From positions 119,970,001 through 120,034,000 of the forward strand of contig OZ024741.1 in the NCBI GenBank assembly GCA_964016885.1: 64,000 nucleotides of DNA, read 5' to 3'. Below the pieces are notes generated by a model that ran no database searches, was not told the origin of the DNA, and worked only from the letters and a program-made list of their open reading frames with translations. Positions within the stretch are counted from its first letter, which is position 1; each line of letters begins with the position of its first letter. The DNA comes from Eledone cirrhosa (Eukaryota). The translations under genes and the position numbers were made by a program. Shown here one piece after another: positions 38,701 through 50,040 of this stretch.

Positions 38701-41700
38701 GAGGACCGATATATCTTCCTGTTAAATACTGTATTATCTCATCTTCCCTGTTCACTCCAAACATTGCCTGATCACTGCCCTTCATGGTATATTTGATAAC
38801 GTATTTGATCAATTTCACGGAGGAGCACATCTCTACGTTTAGGTGGCAGTTGAACAGTTTTAATAGTTTCATATTGTAGGGAACCACCCATTCCGAAGTT
38901 ATATTTCGGCTCCCCTTCCTTCTTGGTGCCCCTCAAATCCTCCCATTCCTGGAGACCGTCTTCTGTACACAGGATAAGAGTCCTCTCCACACAATGTATA
39001 TTCATTGAAAGGCTTAGGGTACCGCTTACTGCACGTTCCATATTTCCAACACCGCGAATTGTTAGAGCAATTCGGACCGTGGATCATGTGCTTCAGCACC
39101 AAATTCATGACCCTCTGGATTTTTGTTTGGATCTTGTATTTCGGTCTGAACAAATTTATCATATTCCTGCGGTCTGGTGGGCTTGGGGGCTTCATTGAGC
39201 CATAGCAAACAGTGCACACGAGGAAGATCTCGCTTTTGATATTCGACTGTCAGCACGTAAGCAATGCACTTGCCAAATAGGCCATCTACTCCAGTAAGAT
39301 ACTTTCTTAACACTTTCCGCTTCAGGTCAAATACTCTGGCAATTAAATCTGGCCTGTCATGTGGCTTCTGATTCAGGAATAGGTTTTGCCGGATTTCAGG
39401 CCAGTTTGGATTGCATGTCATTGTGATGAAGAACGAAGGATTGCCGTACTTCCGTATGTACATCATGGCATCCTGGCATCGCTCCATCATATATCTCTGT
39501 CCACCGACAAATGTGGAAGAGAGTATGATTCGCCTGCCAATATTGCGAAAATCGTCATCATCATTCAATGCGTCAGTAAGGCCCTTGTATGTTGTAGATC
39601 GCAATGATGTTTGATTCATTCGGATGTATTGCAGTCTATCTCCTTCAATCTTCGCAGCCATGTCAACCAAATATTGCTGAAATAAACGACCGCCTCTGAG
39701 AAGTTGGTTGAATTCATTCCCATGTTTCATTATTCGATAGGAATAGTAGTGCATTAGCATCAACTTCTTGTTGTTGCTCATTAACAGCTCATGATGCCAT
39801 CCGTCATCGCCAAAAGGAAAAATAGAACATACTGCAAACTGTCATAGGACCGATGGGACTCTGAGATTATTTGCAATTGTCCGCCTTTTTCTTTCAACAC
39901 AATGTGCCGTGCTTTTGCTTAAAGTTCGGTGCTGTTTTGTATAATAGCAGCAACTTCGCTTGCTGTTTGTGCATTGAATCTTCTCTCGTATTCCATTGCT
40001 GGTCTCCTATCAGGGTCAATAATAATCGAAGCTTCGGGAATATTTTTAATTTGTTTTTTTGCCATTCGAAATGAAGCAACGTAAGGGTTATATTGTCTAA
40101 GTATAATTTCCAATAATTCAACTATGTCGTGCGGAATGCTATCGTTATGGAGAATACTGATCCTCAAATCAACACTATCCTGAGGATCCCAGAAGTAAAT
40201 TTGAAGAAATTGGGGTTGTTCGTTGGGATTAGGGGTTAAGGAACCGATGTAATGGTGAATTTGACCATGAATGACAATAGAAGGATTCCATTCACTCCTT
40301 AAGGAACGAACTTATTCGGCCACAAAAGATGTCATTTGGAACAGGCAGTTGAATTGTCTGAGGTTCTTCCTGAACTCGTTTGCCCTAGGTTGATCAGTAC
40401 TAAATAAACTGTGAAGTTCCTGGGATAAAGGCTGCAGATTCCCCAACCTGACTTTTCCATTCATACAGCAAAAGTTAGCAGTTTCACCATGAAAAAGCAT
40501 TGCATGACAACAGACACAGATCTTATTCATCTGTCCAACATCAGCAGAGAGGTCACGTCGTTGAACTGTCCTTGCTCTATCCCTAATGGTTTGTTGGCAA
40601 AGACGTTCAGTTCTCCGAGCGTCCGATTCATGATCTCTCCTTCTTTTGTCTCTTTCTCTCTGTTCCGCCAGACGCTCAGCATTCCGACCATCCGATTCAT
40701 TATCTCTCCTGCTTGTCTCTTTCCCTCTGTTCCGCTAGACGCGCAGCCCTTGCTTTATCAGTCTCATCGATCCTTCTATTCGCATGCCTGTCCCGATCTT
40801 GTTGGCGTTGACCACTATCTTGCTCACCTTCTTCGGCTCTCCTTAGCCGTGCTTTCTTTCCACTATTGATAGACCAACCAGATGCTTTCTTTCTTCCTCG
40901 TCGAGGAATTATTTAAGAATAGAAAATCGTATTCACCTTAGAAAAAATTCCTATTACCTCAACAAATATCTTTTTAAAATCATTATTTAGAAATATTTCT
41001 AAATAATGAAAATATTGTCTGTTTAAACAACTCGTATTTATCAAATCATATTCACTTAAAAAATACTTATTAATAATTTAAATATTCTGTTTAAATAAAG
41101 CTGAAATATATATACTCAGTGTACAAATAATTTGTACTTTTTAAGTCATTTTCACTTAAGAATATTTTTTAAATATGCCAAGAAATATTTTTTCCATCGT
41201 ATTCACTTGAAAATAATTTTAAAAAAATTAAGATATTGTCTATGTAAATAAAGCTATTTGTGAAATCAAATTCACTTTAAAATATTTCTAAATAATTGAA
41301 ATATTCTTTTTAACAAAAGCAAAAATATAAACACCTACTGTTTAACACCAACTGTATTTTTCAGTGATATTCACTTAATGCTTTTCTCATAATTAAAATA
41401 TCGTCTATTTAAAGAAAGCTCGAATATAGATACTTGAAGTACAAACAACTTGTAGTTTTGAAATCATATTCACTGAGAAATCACTGAAAATTTTTTTTTT
41501 AATAATTATTAAACTATTTTCATCATTCGAGAAATATTTTTATGTCGATTTACGTCAAACCTGTTTTATCCCCATTTCAGGGTTATATCACTTACAGGGC
41601 TATTTTTCCATTATGCACCGTTTTGGCTATTTACGAAGGTATCCTACACACACAGACACACACACAAATATATATATATATATATATGTCTGTGTCTCTA

Positions 41701-41910
41701 ACTTAAGTACTGTTACACACACATACACACACATGTCTCTAAGTACGTAAACACATGCACTGGCACACATACACGTACAGATACACACGGTGGCAGTATA
41801 ACTGTGAAAGAGAGAGAAAGAAATAAGGTTATGGATAGGGAGAGAGTTAAAATGAATAAAAGTTAAGGACGCTGTCTCTATCTGTCATCCCCCTCTCTCT
41901 CTCTCATCCC

Positions 41911-41941
<31 letters not shown>

Positions 41942-42427
41942 CTCTCTCTCTCTTTCTCTCTCTCACCCCCTCTCTGTCTCTCTTACCTACAGAATGGACC
42001 ACCAAAAAACAAATGGATTATTTCTTTCGATATTCATTATAAAATAAGATAAATTGAATTTAGATGAATTCCTTGCTATTTTTGGAAAATTGAAGATATT
42101 GTCCATGTGCGATTTACGCCAAACTTGTTTTATTCAGAGTATTTTCTCATTATACAATGTTTTGGCTATTTACGAAGTTTTGCGGGTTATGTTAATTTCG
42201 AGGTATTTTCCCAGTATGCACCGTTGTGGCTATTTACGAAGGTACCCCCAAAACCCGCGAATCTCGGGAACCCGGGGTCAGATTTTCGCGAAACTTGTTT
42301 TATTCAATTTGTATTCCCATTTCAGAGGCAACTTGCTTTCAAAGTATTTACCCATTATGCGCCCTTTTGGCTGTATTACATAACAGACAAGCAAGCGCGC
42401 AAGATCAGAGTTTTAGTAGTATATAGA
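35707..42427 (-). mobile_element. Full-length, degenerate Helitron (~6.7 kb)
   Basis: 5' TCTATATACTACTAAAA at 42427; 3' hairpin GACCCAACGGGTC then CTAG at 35710-35707; A|T flanks; RepHel inside. Confidence 0.85.
36510..40910 (-). pseudogene. Helitron RepHel (Zn finger, HUH Rep, PIF1 helicase), multiply frameshifted
   Basis: CVCC..FCCMNG; FFITMTCNPNW; VEYQKRDLPRVH (HUH mutated); IKYVIKYTMKG; ASSGIAATLMPGGRTAHSRF; IVWDE; GGDFRQLLPV; FAITIHKAQGQT. Confidence 0.95.
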
Positions 42428-42493
42428 TAGATATATAGATAGATAGATAGATAGATAGATACATAGATACTATAGGAACAGACACATACACAT

Positions 42494-42537
<44 letters not shown>

Positions 42538-42615
42538 AGTCACAAACACACACACAGTCACAGACACACGCACACACAGAAACACACACACAGACACAGA
42601 CACACACACACATAC

Positions 42616-42673
<58 letters not shown>

Positions 42674-42967
42674 GTGTGGGTGTGTAAAGGCGCGTGAATG
42701 AGTGGTTTGAGAATCATGAATTTGTAAATTCGATTATGTCCTTGAGCAAGACACTTTATTTTACGTTACTCCTACTGACTGTATTTGCCACCGGTAGATA
42801 GTATTAGCAATTGGAAAGACCGATCTGATTTGACTAGGTCTGGGATTTTGTCGATAAACTGTCGATATATATATTTATATAGGTAAGTTATTCCGGGTTG
42901 AATCGGAGGTAACCACAGTAAGTAAGGTACTCAATACATAGCAGAGTATAAAAGTTTTAATATAGAT

Positions 42968-43066
42968 GAGATTCTACAGGCTTAGAACTGTTTCATTCTT
43001 GAGAAATCATCAGGAATCTCCTGATGATTTCTCAAGAATGAAACAGTTCTAGTCCTGTAGAATCTC
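42968..43066. ncRNA. Back-to-back hammerheads: 42968-43020 (-) and 43014-43066 (+)
   Basis: Minus: gagattc CTGATGA tttctcaagaat GAAA cag..ctg TA gaatctc; arms 42953-43014 and 43020-43081. Confidence 0.88.
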
Positions 43067-43217
43067 ATCTATATTAAAACTATATATATATATATATATA
43101 ACGAAGGAAGTGTGGTAAGAAACCAGGTGGACCATCACGCCGCACCAGACTATATATATATATATATATTATTCAAAATATTAATAAATGAAGACGTTCA
43201 CATAATCAAAATATATG

Positions 43218-43277
43218 TTTAATTATATATTTCGGAGGTACTGTGCTGTATTTTCAGTACGTCCTCGTCAGAGAAAA
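43218..43277 (-). ncRNA. Hammerhead, helix I degenerate
   Basis: CTGACGA ggacgtactg..cagtacctcc GAAA tata TA. Confidence 0.65.
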
Positions 43278-43498
43278 TACATGAATTGATGTATGACATA
43301 CCTCAACTGTCTTGATGGTTCAATTCCAGTATTGGCAGAAAACTTAACTGTAGAGTGCTTTTAATCTATTGTTAAACTATATTCATTGAGTAATTAATCT
43401 TTGGTTATATATATATATATATATATATATAATGGAAAACAGAGAGGAAAACGAATGTTTCTTAATTTCACGCTCTGGAGAGCGGGGTGGTGGTGGGG

Positions 43499-43532
43499 AA
43501 CGACGTTTCGGGCATAAGCTCTTCCTCAGGTG
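43499..43532 (-). ncRNA. Minimal hammerhead-like motif
   Basis: cac CTGAGGA agagcttatgccc GAAA cg TC gt. Confidence 0.55.
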
Positions 43533-43686
43533 AGAAGTGTGTGGGAACAGAGTTCAAAGGGTGTGTAGGGGAGTGGTGGAGAGACATATAGCGAAAGGAA
43601 ACGGTGCGAATGAAATTAAAAATAAAAATAAAAATAAAGCATGATCAAAATAAAAGGAATGAAATAAAAATAAATATAAAAGCATG

Positions 43687-43769
<83 letters not shown>

Positions 43770-43888
43770 CCAATCTTTTGATTAGTGAAACCGTCGGTAA
43801 CGGCAATAGAACAGGTGAATATTTAAATCGTTTTTTATTGTATTTAAAAGATTGTTTGATGATTACTTGTTCCGCTCATTTTCATTTA

Positions 43889-44003
<115 letters not shown>

Positions 44004-44068
44004 CGAAGAAGTTGTGGTAAGGAACTAGATGGACCATAACGCACTTAGAGTAGTAGAGTGGGTAATAA

Positions 44069-44180
44069 GAAAGTGTATGACCCCGACGGCAGAGCTCAAG
44101 CCGTTTCGACGGCTATTTCTGGACGTCCAGAAATACCCGTCGAAACGGCTTGAGCTCTGCCGTCGGGGTCATACACTTTC
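44069..44180. repeat. Loopless 112-bp palindrome of the family A HHR 3' half
   Basis: Centre GGAC|GTCC at 44124/44125; one mismatch seen. Confidence 0.92.
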
Positions 44181-44342
44181 CTGTATATATATATATATAA
44201 TATATATATATAATATATATATATGTATATATATATATAATATATATAGTATTTTTCAATCTAGCTAACTTAGTCATTTACAATACAAACACTTATATGT
44301 TGGTATTTGTGTTTATCATATATATTAATTTATATTAACTTG

Positions 44343-44376
<34 letters not shown>

Positions 44377-44386
44377 ATATATATAT

Positions 44387-44513
<127 letters not shown>

Positions 44514-45477
44514 TTATATATACAGGAGAATATTTATAAAGATTTAAAGGTAACTTATTGTTTTTTTAAATAATAGAATCCAACGTTTATAATACACAAT
44601 GAACAGGAAATTAATTTACACAAAAAAATAAATTCCTATTTTATTAAAAAGATGTAAGTGCGTTTTCAGAAATAATCATCATTTAAGTAGTTTTTCTACT
44701 TAATCGGTTTCGCTAAGTAGCTTTACAAAAGTTTCTTTTTGATTTGTGTTGGATATATATATTTTTTACATGTTGCTATATGCTATTTTGGAATTCTGTT
44801 CTACACATGTTATCCTTTCGTCGTTTATGTTTTTTTTTGTAAAGCAAGGGGCGCAACTGTTTGTATATTTGTCACTTATGTCGTGTAGAATATAACCCAC
44901 GACAAAGGATGGAACTCTGGTGTGACTAAGTATTAAAAATTCTGAGTTCCGGTTAAAACTTGCTTTTTGAAAATCTTACCTTGTTGGCACATATTTATTC
45001 CGTTGTAGAGCAGTTGCATTGGTAGAGTGGGAAAACAGAAATTTGACAAAGTTCGTCCTTCGCAATACGCTATATGTTAGCTAAGTGGTATCTTTCTGGT
45101 GCACGAATCCTTAATCTGTTGACGCTGTACTGTCAAGATTTCAAGATTTGTCGGAGTGTCTGTATATATATATATATTATTTTCTCATGAAACTGCAGCG
45201 AAGGGAACAGTGTTGACCCCTCTATCTTTCTGACGCTTCACAAGGAATCTACCCCTAGTGTGAGATGCTTGTGAAGTTTCTTTACTTTAAAATACTTTAC
45301 TTCAATCTTCCATCTGGTTAATTTACTCTTTATTTAAGATATTTCTATATTTATATTTATAAGCTTCTCTAAATTAGATACAAAGCAATTTTGTTTATTA
45401 GGATGTAAAGTATTTTTTTAAATATATATATATTTTTTTAATATATATATATACTAGCTGAGGCCATGCTGGGGCAC

Positions 45478-45509
<32 letters not shown>

Positions 45510-45691
45510 TCACATATACATATATATATATATGATATTTTCAAAAATACACAGTGACTGATCGGCCTGATTTGCATATTAGCAAACTGGCTTCAGCCAT
45601 GTAGAGCGAAATTTTCTTTTTTATATGCATATATATGTATATATATTTATATACATATATCTATATATATCTATATCTATCTATCTATCTA

Positions 45692-45743
<52 letters not shown>

Positions 45744-45882
45744 GCCGATCAGTCACTGTGTATTTTTGACACACACAGACACCCGGATGTAACACATACG
45801 CAAACTAAGCACACAACACACAAAAACAAAATGGCGTAGGACAGAACAAAGGAGAGGCACAAAACAAAGAAAAGTATCCCCA

Positions 45883-45925
45883 GTCACTGAAGAGGTCACA
45901 GAATGTGTGACGAAAGAACTTTGAC
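45883..45925 (+). ncRNA. Minimal hammerhead
   Basis: gtca CTGAAGA ggtcacagaatgtgtgac GAAA gaac TT tgac. Confidence 0.75.
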
Positions 45926-46446
45926 AATATATGAACAACCGTCCGGTTATAGAACCAACCAACCGGAAATTTATAAATTCTTAAATTTATAAATTTAATT
46001 TATAATAAATTGGAGTGAAAGCAACTGGTGCGTGTGTTTCTTATTGGCAACATGACCCTCCCAAAGCATAACAATATATATATATATAGCGGTAGAACAC
46101 TGGAAGGTAATATCCGTAGTGGTAGAGCACTCAGTCCATGGGACGAGTTAGGTAGCAGTGGTTACACAACAGATAGTTCACCATACCGAGAACAATTGTT
46201 TCACCTTAGCGGATCCTCGGCTGAGGATCTGCTAAGATGAATTCCGACTTCCTCCCCCTCCCCCTCCCCTGTATCTTCTTTGACCTCATGCCCAGCTGTA
46301 GCTGGCACTACCAACGCTTGATTGGGTCTACTCCACCCCCTCCCCTCTTTCTCCTACTGGCAGGTTTAGCCACCATCTCCCCTACTAATTTGCAACCACA
46401 GAATTACTACTGATTTTTGACAATCACTTTGACCATATATGGAATT

Positions 46447-46540
46447 ACCCCTTGAGAAGATCGGCTATTTAAATACCAGGATAAATTTTCATTTAGTCCA
46501 GAATTAGCCGTCGAAACGGCTTGAGCTCAGCTGTCGGGGT
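46447..46540 (+). ncRNA. Hammerhead, U3-A8 variant (family A)
   Basis: acccc TTGAGAA gatcggct..agccgtc GAAA cggc..gctg TC ggggt. Confidence 0.82.
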
Positions 46541-46550
46541 CTTACTGGTT

Positions 46551-46583
<33 letters not shown>

Positions 46584-46590
<7 letters not shown>

Positions 46591-46995
46591 TAGAATATTC
46601 GAAAATATTCTGTATGTTTATAATAAACATTTTGAAGACCTAATCGCTATAGAATAGAATACGTCACGTATTACAATTAGATTCTCGATAAAAGCAAGGG
46701 AAGTAATCTACGCGTTTCATTCTTATTACCAGTTCCTGTACACAGCTAAGTATTCTATAAGTCTCTAGCTGTGTCATTCTCGATAAAAGCACTGGATATG
46801 TAGTCCTGAAGATTTCTAATAAGAATGAAACGCGTAGATTACTTCCCTTGCTTTTATCGAGAATCTAATTGTAATACGTGACGTATTCTATTCTATAGCG
46901 ATTAGGTCTTCAAAATGTTTATTATAAACATACAGAATATTTTCGAATATTCTATGTCTATATTCACATATATATCGCTATTTCAGAGCATTTAT

Positions 46996-47001
<6 letters not shown>
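46584..47001. mobile_element. ORF-less HHR fold-back in (TA)n
   Basis: 46584-46728 is inverted at 46818-46962. Confidence 0.88.
46800..46842 (+). ncRNA. Minimal hammerhead
   Basis: gtagtc CTGAAGA tttctaataagaat GAAA cgcg TA gattac. Confidence 0.87.
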
Positions 47002-47059
<58 letters not shown>

Positions 47060-47270
47060 GTAAGTATGTATGTATACGTACATACATATATGTATACAGG
47101 CGTACAGTAATATGTATATATATACATACATGCACACACATATATATGTACGTATGGGTTTACCGAACATTTATTATAATGTTCGGTTTGTTTGTAAACA
47201 AACAGCCCGAATTACGCCGTACAGTGTTCAGGCAACCATCGTCACCTTTTTGTTCAACACTGACACAGGA

Positions 47271-47313
47271 ACGATGTACTAGTTTCAAGCTTATTAGCTA
47301 TCGTCAGCATCGT
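47271..47313 (-). ncRNA. Minimal hammerhead (family of 20993)
   Basis: acgatg CTGACGA tagctaataagctt GAAA ctag TA catcgt. Confidence 0.9.
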
Positions 47314-47647
47314 ATACCTTTCTGTCAGATGGTTGAACGTCTGAAAGAATATACTTTCCTTATGCATATTAACGGTTGAGCAGCCTAATTTGCATATCGA
47401 GTGAGTTAGTCGGGCGGGCGCACCGAAAACGATAGCTTCTCTAAATTAGATTCAAAGCAATCTTGTTTATTAAGATGTAAAGTATATTACTGACATTTTA
47501 AAAAATATACATGATATATATATATATAAATATATATATATGTATATATATATATCAATATGGATGCATTAAAAACCTGTTTAGACATTACTCACCTGAT
47601 TACTCGATACTTGGGGTAGTAGAATATGGCAATATGAAACAATCGGG

Positions 47648-47741
47648 ACCCCGATGGCTGAGCTCTTGCCGTTTCAACAGTTAGTTCCAGGTTGAATCGC
47701 AGATGTTTTGCTAGTGGAAAAAACTGTATTCTTCAGGAAAT
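47648..47741 (-). ncRNA. Hammerhead, relative of family A with canonical C3-G8 core
   Basis: atttc CTGAAGA atacagtt..aactgtt GAAA cggc..gcca TC ggggt. Confidence 0.7.
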
Positions 47742-47999
47742 TCCGATGTCCAAATAAGGGCATACACTCACTCTTTACCGAATTGTAAAAAAATGTTTAC
47801 GAAAGTATATGGTTTTTCGGGAGTGGCTGTTTGTAACTATTCAAACGGCAAGAACTCAGACGTCGGGGTATCGACTCTTGCGTTCAAATGTCCGAGACCC
47901 CCAGCAGACAACTGAAGAGGGGGACCTGTCCCTTGTTTGTGCTTTCCTTTTATTTCTAAATACACTTTATCAAGTAACCACACTACCCCTTGTTCCTTC

Positions 48000-48107
<108 letters not shown>

Positions 48108-48279
48108 TGCGTGCGTGTGTGTGTGTGATTGTTGTTATTGAATGAACGAGAAAGACTCATTTGAATTTGCTATTTTTATTTATTCATTTATTTATTTCTA
48201 AGTACACAGTTTTCTACCATCAGTCCGTAATTGTTTTTATGTCCAGACATTGAGTGAAAAGCTTTCTGACTATTTTTTT

Positions 48280-48926
48280 CAATTGAGGTGCTGTGTTCAC
48301 GAGTGATGGAAGGCAGGACGCTGAATCAAGGGCAACAATTGCAGGAGATGGTGCAGTAATGCGCCAGCTTCCGCATTCAGTAATCAGAAGGGAGGTAGGC
48401 GTAACAGCCGAACTCGCTATTTTCAATTCGATATTCATGCCAACCCTTACCTATGGTCATGGATCTTGGGTAATGACCGATAGAATACGATTGTGAATAC
48501 AAGCGGCCGAAATGGAGTTTCTCCGAAGGGTCTTTGGAGTAACGTTACTCAACAATGTGCGTAGCTCGGAGATCAGAGAGTAACTCCAGGTAGAGCCACT
48601 AGTTCTCCGAATTGAGAGATCACAGCTCCGATTCTATGGGCATGTGGTTAGAATATCTGAGGAAAGAATAGCTGGACAGATTTTACGGGCAAAACAAACG
48701 AGTAGGAGACCCAGGGTAGACCCTGAGCCAGGTGGTTAGATAATATCCATAAGTTTGGCTGGTCACGCTTGGAGATCCAGTCAGATCAGTTGGAGGTGGT
48801 TACTTCTGACAAGACACGCTGGAAACAGTGTTTGATGACTCTGCCACCGCAACTCTCTCAAGAAGAAGAAGAAGAAGAAGAAGAAGAAGAAGAAGAAGAA
48901 GAAGAAGAAGAAGAAGAAGAAGAAGA
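48280..48926 (+). mobile_element. 3' fragment of RTE-clade LINE with (GAA)n tail
   Basis: PTLTYGHGSWVM, QAAEMEFLRRV, SQLRFYGHVVR; (GAA)n at 48860-48926. Confidence 0.85.
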
Positions 48927-49277
48927 GTCTAGAGGGTATTAATGGTAAAGCGTTCTTCCCTGAATCACCTCCATCTCTATGAATTTTATAATGTTTCTTA
49001 AGGCCACTGGGTCATTTGCATCTTTTTTGACAGAACTGACATATAAAGTCTGTGTTCAATTTATTTGCAAATTGGTTTATATTGTGTGACATTAAATGGG
49101 ATTTCAGACCAGCATTTAATAAGCATACTCTATCACAATGTGAACAAAGGAAAAGTCTATAATCATTATTTCCAGCAAGGGACGATATGTCCTGTTTTCG
49201 TGCAGCTCTTTTGAGCACAAAATATCTGTGCATGTGTTTGCGCGTGCGCGTGTGTCTGTGTGTCTGTGTGTGTGTGT

Positions 49278-49362
<85 letters not shown>

Positions 49363-50040
49363 TGTGTGTGTCTGTGTGTGTCTGTGTGTGCGTGTGCGTT
49401 TATATGCAGGCATAAATAATATACATGCATTCGTGTTCCGTCTTCAATAATGCTGATAGGTAAACATTTAATAATCGTGTTCTTTAACATAGAAGGAATA
49501 CAAGAATAAAGATCTCTCTTTGTTTATTAAAATATTGATATCAGTGCTGGTTATGGTAGTGTAGTGAATCCAATGTATTTTATCATTTTAATACTTGCAT
49601 TTTTATAGAATTGAACCAACAATAGAATTGATCCAACAAGCTTGCAATAATGTTCTTATCAATGGGAGAAAAACAGCTGACAAAATGGTATTTGACAGAA
49701 TTGAAAAAACAAAAACAAAAGTGACGGAAGTATAGAATAAATGGAATTTCTGTAGAAATGAAACAAAAGACAAACACTTTCCAGTAATAAAAATATACAT
49801 AGAGAATTTATTTATACACATATGCATATACGATAAAACCGTTAACATTTATAAATATACACCCTGTGTATCGTCACATCATCAAGGTGATATTTGTTAT
49901 TGGAATTTAATCTTATTAAAAATAATTGTTTCTACTTTAGGCACAAGGCCAGCAATTACCCAGTGCATTACTGGTAATTTATTTTATCGACCCCGTTTAA
50001 AATAATAGAAATTTATTTCTATTGAATAACATTTGTAGTA

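Noticed and set aside
44698-44732. HHR-like actt TTGTAAA gctacttagc GAAA ccga TT aagt (-)
   Set aside because: Core A6 and helix III are mutated; probably a dead copy, not counted.
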